In this document: in pieces, positions 14,722 through 22,518 of the stretch
Position numbering within the stretch: position 1 is the stretch's first letter
Layout: each line of letters starts with the position of its first letter
NCBI RefSeq assembly: GCF_019431375.1
Contig: NZ_CP080267.1
Coordinates: 794,080 to 818,079, forward strand
Reading direction: 5' to 3'
DNA: 24,000 bases
Source: Alcanivorax sp.
GTDB taxonomy: Bacteria > Pseudomonadota > Gammaproteobacteria > Pseudomonadales > Alcanivoracaceae
Position numbers and translations under genes: made by a program
The notes under the pieces: generated by a model
Seen by the model: the letters and a program-made list of their open reading frames with translations, nothing else
Database searches by the model: none
What the model was told of the DNA's origin: nothing

Positions 14722-14727
14722 GCGGTT

Positions 14728-16429
14728 TTAGCTCGCTTCCGCCATGAAATCCTTGGCGAACTTCTGCAGGATGCCACCGGCGGAATACACGGAGACTTCC
14801 TCGGCGGTATCAAGGCGACACTTAACCGGGACGCGTTCCACATCGCCATTCTGACGGTGGATGACCAGGGTCATGGTGGATCCGGGCGCGCGCTCACCTT
14901 CCACGTCGAAGATCTCGGTGCCATCCAGGCCCAGCGTCTTGCGGGTGGTGCCTTCCTCAAACTGCAGAGGCATGACGCCCATACCGATGAGGTTGGTACG
15001 GTGGATGCGCTCGAAACCTTCGGCAACAATGGCTTCAACCCCTGCCAGTGCCACGCCTTTGGCCGCCCAGTCACGGGACGAGCCCTGGCCGTAGTCAGCG
15101 CCGGCGATGATGATCAGCGGCTGCTTGCGGTCCATGTAGGTTTCGATGGCTTCCCACATACGCTTCACTTCGCCTTCCGGCTCAACCCGGGCCAGGGAAC
15201 CCTGGATCACGTTGCCCTGCTCGTCCTTGACCATTTCGTTGAACAGTTTCGGGTTGGCCAGGGTGGCGCGCTGGGCGGTCAGGTGATCACCACGGTGCGT
15301 CGCGTAGGAGTTAAAGTCCTCCTCCGGCAAGCCCATCTTGTCCAGATAGGCACCAGCGGCACTGTCCAGCAGGATCGCATTGGACGGCGACACAGGTGCA
15401 CGGGCCTCAGCCATGGTGCCTTCCCAGTACTTGGCGTAGGTTTTCCACCAGCGCCACCTGCTTGTCTTCGCGGCCGGTTAGCTTCAGGTATTCCAGGGTG
15501 TTGTCGTCGATGAAGAACATGCCCGCGGTGGCGCCATACTCGGGCGTCATATTGGCAATGGTGGCGCGGTCGCCCACGGACAGGCTGTCGGCGCCTTCAC
15601 CAAAGAATTCCAGGTAGGCACCAACGACACGCTCGCGACGCAGGAATTCAGTGATCGCCAGTACCAGGTCAGTACCATTAATGCCGGGACGCAGTTTGCC
15701 GGTGAGCTCCACGCCGACAATGTCGGGCAGACGCATCATGGACGGGTTGCCCAGCATCACGTTCTCGGCTTCCAGGCCGCCCACGCCCACGGAGATCACG
15801 CCGAGCGCATCCACCATGGGGGTGTGACTGTCGGTGCCGACACAGGTATCCGGATAGGCGACACCATCACGGACCTGTACCACAGGAGACATCTTCTCCA
15901 GATTGATCTGGTGCATGATGCCGTTGCCCGGCGGGATCACATCCACGTTATCAAAGGCGGTCTTGGTCCAGTTGATGAAGTGGAAACGGTCTTCGTTGCG
16001 GCGCTCTTCCACCGCCCGGTTTTTCTCGAAGGCGTTCTCTTCAAAGCCCGGGTGCTCAACGGCCAGGGAGTGATCCACGATCAGCTGGGTGGGCACCACC
16101 GGGTTGACTTTAGAGGGGTCACCACCCTGCTCGGCAATGGTATCCCGCAGCCCGGCCAGGTCCACCAGTGCGGTCTGGCCAAGGATGTCATGGCAGACCA
16201 CCCGGGCCGGATACCAGGGGAAATCCAGATCACGCTTGCGCTCAATCAGCTGCTTGAGCGAATCAGTCAGCGCTTCCGGCGCGCAGCGGCGTACCAGCTG
16301 CTCGGCAAGAATACGTGAGGTGTACGGCAGTTTGTCATAGGCCCCAGGCTGGATCGCATCGACGGCCGCACGGGTGTCGAAATACTCCAGCTCGGTGCCG
16401 GGAAGGGGTTTGCGGTATTCGGTGTTCAT
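14728..16429 (-). pseudogene. acnD: acnD (Fe/S-dependent 2-methylcitrate dehydratase, aconitase family) with a frameshift and a ~300-codon internal deletion
   Basis: Two ORFs: 15407..16429 (340 aa, [23 protein letters not shown]...CVGTDSHTP...) and 14728..15414 (228 aa, ...SPSNAILLDSAAGAYLDKMGLPEEDFNSYATHRGDHLTAQRAT...IIAGADYGQGSSRDWAAKG...). The total of 568 aa compares with about 865 aa expected. Domain 3, which carries the cluster Cys ligands, is absent. Confidence 0.85.
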
Positions 16430-16477
16430 AGCCTGGGACTCTTGTTCAGGGGGAATCCTGGGTTTAAGGAGTGCGCT

Positions 16478-16543
16478 TTCGCGATGCGAGCATCGCTTCC
16501 CACAGGCGTAGTCGTCTGTGGGAAGTCATGCTCGCATGACGAA
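16478..16543. repeat. Convergent pair of REP-variant elements forming a long hairpin between prpC and acnD
   Basis: ttcgcgatgcgagcatcgcttcccacagg (16478-16506) and ctgtgggaagtcatgctcgcatgacgaa (16516-16543) are near reverse complements. Confidence 0.8.
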
Positions 16544-16547
16544 GCCT

Positions 16548-17678
16548 TTAGCCACGCTCGGCGATTGGCGTTACCTTGCGCAGTTCCGGACCGGTGTACT
16601 CGGCACTCGGACGGATGATGCGGTTATCGGCACGCTGCTCGAACACGTGGGCGGCCCAGCCAGTCAGGCGGCTCATCACGAAGATCGGTGTGAACAGCTT
16701 GGTGGGAATGCCCATGAAGTGGTACGCAGACGCATGGAAGAAATCGGCGTTACAGAACAACTTCTTTTCGCGCCACATGACTTCTTCACAACGCACGGAT
16801 ACCGGGTACAGCACAGTATCGCCCACATCATTGGCCAGCTTTTCGGACCAGTGCTTGATGATGGCGTTGCGCGGATCAGATTCGGTGTAGATCGCGTGGC
16901 CGAAGCCCATGATCTTTTCCTTGCGCTCCAGCATGCCCAGCATTTCTTTTTCGGCGTTATCCGGATCAGAGAATTTCTCGATCATGTCCATGGCCGCTTC
17001 GTTGGCGCCGCCATGCAGCGGACCACGCAGAGAGCCAATGGCACCGGTGATGCAGCTGTGCAGATCACTCAGGGTGGAGGCACAAACACGGGCGGTAAAG
17101 GTGGAGGCGTTGAACTCGTGCTCTGCATAGAGGATCAGGGACACGTTCATCACCCGCTCGTGCAGCTCGTTGGGCTTTTCGCCACGCAGCAGGTGCAGGA
17201 AGTGAGCGCCGATGGAGTCGTCATCGGTTTCCGGATCGATCTTCACGCCATCGTGACTAAAGCGGTACCAGTAACAGATGATTCCGGGGAAAGCGGCCAG
17301 CAGACGATCGGTGGCATCTTCCTGTTGGCTGAAATCGGTTTCCGTTTCCAGGTTGCCCAGCATGGAGCAGCCGGTACGCATCACGTCCATGGGATGGGCG
17401 TCCTTGGGAATCTGCTCGAGGACGGTTTTCAGCGCATCGGGCAGGCCGCGCAGGCTTTTCAGCTTGGCCTTGTAGGTAGCCAGTTGGTCCTGGGTGGGCA
17501 ATTCGCCTTTCAGGATCAGGTGTGCCACTTCCTCGAACTCACAGTTCTCGGCCAGATCTTTCACATCATAACCACGGTAGGTCAGGCCGGAGCCGCTCTT
17601 GCCAACGGTGGAGAGAGCGGTTTTGCCTGCTACCTGGCCACGCAGACCTGCGCCGCCTACTTTTTTGCCTTCTGCCAT
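16548..17678 (-). CDS. prpC: 2-methylcitrate synthase PrpC (376 aa)
   Basis: Citrate-synthase family sequence (GPLHGGANEAAM, MGFGHAIY) of PrpC length, between prpB and acnD. Confidence 0.92.
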   Translation of the reverse strand: MAEGKKVGGAGLRGQVAGKTALSTVGKSGSGLTYRGYDVKDLAENCEFEEVAHLILKGELPTQDQLATYKAKLKSLRGLPDALKTVLEQIPKDAHPMDVMRTGCSMLGNLETETDFSQQEDATDRLLAAFPGIICYWYRFSHDGVKIDPETDDDSIGAHFLHLLRGEKPNELHERVMNVSLILYAEHEFNASTFTARVCASTLSDLHSCITGAIGSLRGPLHGGANEAAMDMIEKFSDPDNAEKEMLGMLERKEKIMGFGHAIYTESDPRNAIIKHWSEKLANDVGDTVLYPVSVRCEEVMWREKKLFCNADFFHASAYHFMGIPTKLFTPIFVMSRLTGWAAHVFEQRADNRIIRPSAEYTGPELRKVTPIAERG

Positions 17679-17760
17679 TGTTTATCTCCTTATGAATCTG
17701 TTTGTTTATCCCATAGAAGCCTGGCTGCAGGCGATTTCCCATCCTTCACCAGAATATGGA

Positions 17761-17784
17761 TCGCTTGCAGGCAAGCTCCTACGG
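17761..17784 (+). repeat. REP element variant (tcgcttgcaggcaagctcctacgg)
   Basis: Same family, in the prpB-prpC spacer. A degenerate second copy (aatcgcctgcagccaggcttctat on the minus strand) lies nearby. Confidence 0.75.
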
Positions 17785-17801
17785 TTTAGGTGGCAGCGAA
17801 A

Positions 17802-18689
17802 TCAGCCCTTGCCCTTGGCAAAGAGCGCGTCGAGCTTCTGCTCGTAATCGTGGTAATTCAGGAAATCGTACAGTTCCATACGTGTCTGCATGATGTCTAC
17901 CACGTCCTTCTGGTGGCCCTGCTCGCGGATACTCTGGTACACCTTCAGTGCTGCCTGATTCATGGCACGGAAAGCACTCAGTGGATACAGAATCATGTCC
18001 GCGCCAGCCTCAGCCAGCTCCTCGCGGGTAAACAGCGGCGTAGCGCCGAATTCGGTGATATTCGCCAGCAAGGGAACGTCGCCCAGACCTTCCTTGAAGG
18101 CCTTGTAATCTTCCAGCGTGTGTACTGCTTCGGCGAAGATGCCATCGGCACCGGCCTCGATGCAGGCTCTGGAGCGCTCGATGGCCGCTTCCAGGCCATC
18201 CTTCTGGAACGCGTCAGTACGGGCGATGATGAAAAAATCATCATCGGTCTTGCCGTCAACGGCGGCCTTGACCCGGTCGACCATTTCTTCCTGAGAGACA
18301 ATTTCCTTGTTCGGGCGGTGGCCGCAGCGCTTCTGGGCAACCTGGTCTTCCAGGTGCACCGCGCCGGCACCGGCCTTGATCATTTCTTTCACGGTACGGG
18401 AGATATTGAACGCCCCACCCCAGCCGGTATCGATATCCACCAGCAACGGGGTTTCCACGGCGCTGGAGATTCGACGCACGTCTTCCAGCACATCATTCAT
18501 GCTGGTCATGCCCAGGTCCGGCAAGCCGTAGCTGGCATTTGCCACACCACCGCCTGACAGGTAGATAGCCCGGTAGCCGGTCTGTTCTGCCATCATTGCC
18601 GCATAGGCGTTGATGGTGCCCATCACTTGCAACGGTTTTTCTTCGGCCAGTGCCTTGCGGAAACGACCGCCGGCGGTGAGTTTGCTCAT
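17802..18689 (-). CDS. prpB: 2-methylisocitrate lyase PrpB (295 aa)
   Basis: PEP mutase/isocitrate lyase superfamily with the KRCGH motif ([15 protein letters not shown]). Locus context. Confidence 0.92.
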   Translation of the reverse strand: MSKLTAGGRFRKALAEEKPLQVMGTINAYAAMMAEQTGYRAIYLSGGGVANASYGLPDLGMTSMNDVLEDVRRISSAVETPLLVDIDTGWGGAFNISRTVKEMIKAGAGAVHLEDQVAQKRCGHRPNKEIVSQEEMVDRVKAAVDGKTDDDFFIIARTDAFQKDGLEAAIERSRACIEAGADGIFAEAVHTLEDYKAFKEGLGDVPLLANITEFGATPLFTREELAEAGADMILYPLSAFRAMNQAALKVYQSIREQGHQKDVVDIMQTRMELYDFLNYHDYEQKLDALFAKGKG

Positions 18690-18740
18690 GGTAAATCTCC
18701 TCGTTATGAGCCCTGGGAGCTTGTTTCCAAGCGAACTATG

Positions 18741-18767
18741 TTCGCCATGCGAGCATGGCTCCTACGG
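18741..18767 (+). repeat. REP element variant (ttcgccatgcgagcatggctcctacgg) overlapping the regulator stop codon
   Basis: Same tail (ctcctacgg) with a compensated stem (gccatgcgagcatggc). Confidence 0.7.
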
Positions 18768-19457
18768 GGTATTAGCCGGTGTGGTGTACTGGTTTTCGAT
18801 ATTTTTGCGCGCACTGCTGATATGGCGACGCATTAACAGCTCGGCCATCTCGGCATCCCGGGCTTCGATGGCTTCTACGATTCGGCGGTGTTCATTGAGA
18901 GCTTTCTGGGGTCGGTTGGCCACGGTGCTGAACTGATAGCGGTACATACGCACCAGGTGGTAGAGCTCCCCGATCAGCAACTGGCTGAGCGTGGCATTGT
19001 GGCTGCCCTGGATAATGCGATAGTGAAAATCCAGATCCCCTTCGCGCTGAAAATAAGCCACATCTTCGCGAAGGTCCTGCTGCTGCTCATGCTGGGCCAG
19101 CACATCATAAAGGCCGCGCACTTCCTCGGCAGTCATATGCTCGGCGGCAAGCCTGGCGGCCATGCCTTCCAGGGCTTCGCGTACATGGTAGATTTCAATC
19201 AGATCGTTGACGCTAAGGGAGGCCACCCGGGTACCCACATGTACCACTCTCTCAAGCAGCTTGCGGGATTCCAGACGGCGGATAGCTTCACGAAGGGGGC
19301 CACGGCTGACGCCGTAGCGGCTAGCCAGCTCGGTTTCGCTGACCTTGGAACCGGGCAGGATCTCCCCGCGCACAATATCGTCCTGAAGCCGGGCGAAAAC
19401 CCGATCTGCCAGTGTGCGTGTGTTTTCAGGCAAGGAGCCCGGGGAAGCAACAGACAT
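18762..19457 (-). CDS. GntR-family (FadR/FCD subfamily) transcriptional regulator of the prp locus
   Basis: N-terminal wHTH (SETELASRYGVSRGPLREAIRRLE) plus an FCD-like C-terminal domain. It sits first in the prp gene string, as with PA0797 in P. aeruginosa. Confidence 0.8.
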   Translation of the reverse strand: MSVASPGSLPENTRTLADRVFARLQDDIVRGEILPGSKVSETELASRYGVSRGPLREAIRRLESRKLLERVVHVGTRVASLSVNDLIEIYHVREALEGMAARLAAEHMTAEEVRGLYDVLAQHEQQQDLREDVAYFQREGDLDFHYRIIQGSHNATLSQLLIGELYHLVRMYRYQFSTVANRPQKALNEHRRIVEAIEARDAEMAELLMRRHISSARKNIENQYTTPANTP

Positions 19458-19468
19458 AAAACAGCCCG

Positions 19469-19480
19469 ATTGTTGACAAT
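19469..19480. promoter_or_regulatory. Candidate GntR-type operator ATTGT-TG-ACAAT (site 1)
   Basis: Perfect 5+5 inverted repeat 12-23 bp upstream of the regulator start codon. A near-identical copy lies 63 bp away. Confidence 0.4.
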
Positions 19481-19497
19481 CTGAACAACCGGGCTGG

Positions 19498-19526
19498 ACT
19501 TTACGCCCCTAAACAGGATGTTTCAA
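19498..19526 (-). promoter_or_regulatory. Candidate sigma70 promoter for the prp operon (-35 TTGAAA, 17-nt spacer, -10 TAAAGT on the minus strand)
   Basis: Minus strand reads cccc TTGAAA catcctgtttaggggcg TAAAGT cc. It is bracketed by the two ATTGTTGACAA sites. Confidence 0.3.
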
Positions 19527-19531
19527 GGGGC

Positions 19532-19543
19532 ATTGTTGACAAC
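19532..19543. promoter_or_regulatory. Candidate GntR-type operator ATTGT-TG-ACAAC (site 2)
   Basis: 11/12 identical to site 1 and immediately upstream of the candidate -35. Confidence 0.4.
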
Positions 19544-19548
19544 TTGAC

Positions 19549-21504
19549 TCAGGGAGCTGGTGCCATGGGGTCACAGGAATCACCCGGTGCGCCCTCAAAG
19601 AACTGCACCGCCCCACTCACCAGAGACGCCACACGGCGATCTTCTGCGGCCGTGCGATCTTCGCCGAGCTCCGCCAGAAGAAGCCGTGGCAAATAGGAAT
19701 CCTCAACCCAACGGGCACGCAAGCCGATTTCGAAGTTCTCATCGGAGAGACGATACATGGGAGCACAACCTCCTGCCGCCAAGTCAATCCGCCCCTCTAT
19801 CGTTGCATTGAAGTGGGGAATATCGGCAGCCACATCCAGGCCCGGGGCAAGCCGCAGCGATACATTCGCACTTTTGGGGTCACTGAAAGTCCGGGTGACA
19901 AAACCGACGGTATAAGTCGTATCACAAGCGCCGGCGACCCCTGTTGATACCTGGCCTTCGCTGGAGATCACCAGGCAGAATTCATCAACACTATTTTCAT
20001 CCAGACGAAAACGCTCTCTGGTGATAATTTCACCACCGATTATTTGAGGGTAATTTCCCCCTGAATCGCTGATCTCTTCATTCACATCGGGGGTGTCCGG
20101 AGTGGGATCAACAATATCAGAGCAATTAGCATCATCATTGCCAAGATCATCATCCACACAAGCGCGCATTAACCGAATGGTATAGGTGCCTGCCAGGTCC
20201 GAAACAATAGCACTATCAGGGAGCGCCTGAACAAAGCCCGTTTTCGTGGCCCGGAAAGGTAGCGGGGATTCGGGATCCAGGGCCTCATTCAATAACTTAC
20301 CATTGATTTCCCCCTTATCATTCGGGTCGAGCGCTGTTGCGCTGCCGGGGAAATCCAGCTTGAAGTCACTTCTCCCATCAATTTCCACCCCGGCGTAAAG
20401 GCTGGAGCCAAGAAACCGGCCGCTAATTTTCCCTTGTGTATTGTCCGCCGGGGCATCGCCGATATCACGACTTAGAAGATCTACGGCCAAGCTTTCATCC
20501 TGTTGATTCTGAAGCTCAAGCAGATCAGAAAGCCCTGCATTTGAATCAAAACCCAGGTAATCCAGTATCTGATTCTGATCATTAGATGCCCTGACTCCGG
20601 TGCCGCCACCCAGAATGCCACCATCAGGGAGAACCAAGGCGTTGAGAGTAAAAGACACCGTGGAGCCCGCTTCTCCACCGAACTCACACCCCTCTAGAAT
20701 GATGCATTCACCTGCTATTTCAAACGCATAGAGGCCCGCTCGTGAGCGATCATTACCAAGCTCCAAGCGCGTCTGATAATTTGTCGTATCAGTATCAAAC
20801 CCGTCAGTTGGGCTCTCTGTATTCACACGATCAATGAATCCCTGCCATGCGGCCTTGAAAGCCTCGTAATCGGTTCCTGCAAAGCCACTATCCGGAGCAA
20901 GATCCGGTTGAGCATCAAGAATGGTATTTGGATCACCTGCATCCGCCTTTTCTGCCGGATTACCAGGAATGATAATTGCCTGGTCAGGATCGTTCCCCAT
21001 TTCATTCAACGCATGCAACAGAGCAGACCTGTTAAGCACAGAGCTGGTCGCATCCATACTGTCTGCTTTGAGCGCCACACGACGAGGGGATGTTATCGTG
21101 TTAGCGAGACTCAAATCGGCCAAAGTGACTTGGTAGGTGCCCTTACGAAGCTGCTGGGGCAGAAGGTAACGGCCAAGGCTGGCGTTGTTACCTTCAAAAA
21201 GCCCACTGCCAATATAAAATTCGATACTGCCGGAATTTGCCGGACACAGCGCATGAAACGGAGGAACAACAACATTACCAAGCGTCACCTCTTCTGCCCG
21301 GGTGTAGCCGGTAGAATTGCCACAGCTGTAGCCCAGATTGGCAACCCGGGGACCCTGCAACTCGACCAGGACCTCACCTCGGGGGTTCAGGTCGCAATTC
21401 GCACCTAGCGGGCAACCGGGAACCGTAGCATCAGAAAAGTCTTCGCCGCCATTACAGCCAGCCAGCGCCAGGGCGGCAAAAGCCATTAATGTAAGGTGTC
21501 GCAT
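19549..21504 (-). CDS. Large lipoprotein of unknown function (651 aa)
   Basis: MRHLTLMAFAALALAGC has a lipobox (LAGC). Acidic, with many Cys residues. I recognise no domain. Confidence 0.7.
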   Translation of the reverse strand: MRHLTLMAFAALALAGCNGGEDFSDATVPGCPLGANCDLNPRGEVLVELQGPRVANLGYSCGNSTGYTRAEEVTLGNVVVPPFHALCPANSGSIEFYIGSGLFEGNNASLGRYLLPQQLRKGTYQVTLADLSLANTITSPRRVALKADSMDATSSVLNRSALLHALNEMGNDPDQAIIIPGNPAEKADAGDPNTILDAQPDLAPDSGFAGTDYEAFKAAWQGFIDRVNTESPTDGFDTDTTNYQTRLELGNDRSRAGLYAFEIAGECIILEGCEFGGEAGSTVSFTLNALVLPDGGILGGGTGVRASNDQNQILDYLGFDSNAGLSDLLELQNQQDESLAVDLLSRDIGDAPADNTQGKISGRFLGSSLYAGVEIDGRSDFKLDFPGSATALDPNDKGEINGKLLNEALDPESPLPFRATKTGFVQALPDSAIVSDLAGTYTIRLMRACVDDDLGNDDANCSDIVDPTPDTPDVNEEISDSGGNYPQIIGGEIITRERFRLDENSVDEFCLVISSEGQVSTGVAGACDTTYTVGFVTRTFSDPKSANVSLRLAPGLDVAADIPHFNATIEGRIDLAAGGCAPMYRLSDENFEIGLRARWVEDSYLPRLLLAELGEDRTAAEDRRVASLVSGAVQFFEGAPGDSCDPMAPAP

Positions 21505-21548
21505 AATTCGTTACCTATAATCGCAAGCCGGGCTCTACCCGGCTGAAT

Positions 21549-22376
21549 TCATTGGGCGGACAGCAGCAATTCGCCTTTCAATACTGCCTGCAGCCCATCG
21601 GTGCTCGGCTGTTCTTGTAGGTAAGGCAGGAAAACCACCAAGTGACGTTGACCAGGTTCACGCGGCAGAGTTCCCTGCAGGTAGCCGTAGCGGTACCAGG
21701 TTTCCGGATACTTTCGGCTGAACGGCTGGTCAATCAGCAGGACCGGTCGCCCTTCTTCATCCAGCCACAATAGCTGTGCCGCCACATAGTTCTGCTTGCG
21801 AATAAAAGCCTTCAGGTCAAGGGTACTTACATCTTTCGCCAGTTTCAGCGCCATTGCCTTGAGCGGCTCGTCACCAAGCATGACCGGGCTACCCTGGTCA
21901 AAGGTGATCAGCATCTCCGCCCCCCGGGCAAGCTCGACAGCTTCCTCCAGCAAATGCAGGCAGCAATCCTGCCGTATTGTCCGGTAGGTTTCCAGGAACT
22001 CGCCGCCGGATATCTCAGCATAATCCGGTTCAGCGCTGCTCTGAGCGTCTTTCTCGGCCACCATATCCAATGGGCGACTGACCAGTTGACCACTCTCGTC
22101 CACATAAGTGATAAAGCGGTCCCGCTCTTTGGCTTCCAGTTCCTGATCTATCTCTTCGCTGGGGCGATAACCCTCTAATGACTCATTCCGCGACAGATTT
22201 TCAGCCTTGCGACCCGGTTCAGCCGTTTTTTTCTCAGCAGGTCTCTCTATACTGACCAGATTGCCCTGAGCATCCGTATAGACATACAGTTCACCCTGCC
22301 CCGGCCGACCTTGGCAGGCGGCCAGAAAGAAGGGAATCAATACCAACAATGCATTTTTATGCAGCAGTTGCTTCAT
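21549..22376 (-). CDS. Lipoprotein of unknown function (275 aa from ATG 22376)
   Basis: MKQLLHKNALLVLIPFFLAAC has a lipobox (LAAC). The ORF-track start 22427 is trimmed. Two short Y-x-D-x-x-G-x-L-V-S repeats lie near the N-terminus. Confidence 0.7.
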   Translation of the reverse strand: MKQLLHKNALLVLIPFFLAACQGRPGQGELYVYTDAQGNLVSIERPAEKKTAEPGRKAENLSRNESLEGYRPSEEIDQELEAKERDRFITYVDESGQLVSRPLDMVAEKDAQSSAEPDYAEISGGEFLETYRTIRQDCCLHLLEEAVELARGAEMLITFDQGSPVMLGDEPLKAMALKLAKDVSTLDLKAFIRKQNYVAAQLLWLDEEGRPVLLIDQPFSRKYPETWYRYGYLQGTLPREPGQRHLVVFLPYLQEQPSTDGLQAVLKGELLLSAQ

Positions 22377-22430
22377 GCGATTGGCCTGCATTGTCTTTGC
22401 GTTCCCCGTAACCACTATTCCCATCATTTT

Positions 22431-22504
22431 CCTGTAGGAGCCTGCTTGCAGGCGAATTCTCGCTATGCGTTTGGGCCTGGTTCGCTTGCAAGCAAGCTCC
22501 TACA
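22431..22504. repeat. Pair of REP elements in opposite orientation between the OMP gene and the lipoprotein gene
   Basis: cctgtaggagcctgcttgcaggcgaa (22431-22456, inverted) and ggttcgcttgcaagcaagctcctaca (22479-22504). Confidence 0.8.
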
Positions 22505-22518
22505 TGGCCAGGAAGGCA

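Noticed and set aside
9816-19484. Long plus-strand ORFs antisense to prp genes (10509..11225, 12907..14025, 14470..15513, 15824..16318, 16518..17789, 17790..18557, 18888..19484)
   Set aside because: Each lies opposite a minus-strand gene with unmistakable family motifs (PrpD, PrpF, AcnD, PrpC, PrpB, GntR). These are shadow ORFs.
19505-19530. Hairpin cccctaaacaggatgtttcaagggg as a Rho-independent terminator of the 651-aa lipoprotein gene
   Set aside because: The stem is imperfect, there is no U-tract on the minus strand, and it overlaps the candidate prp promoter spacer. It is left as an unresolved alternative rather than an annotated terminator.
6265-22504. REP copies considered as a CRISPR array
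   Set aside because: The copies are scattered over 16 kb in intergenic spacers with irregular spacing and both orientations. They are not in a regularly spaced repeat-spacer array, and no cas genes are present.
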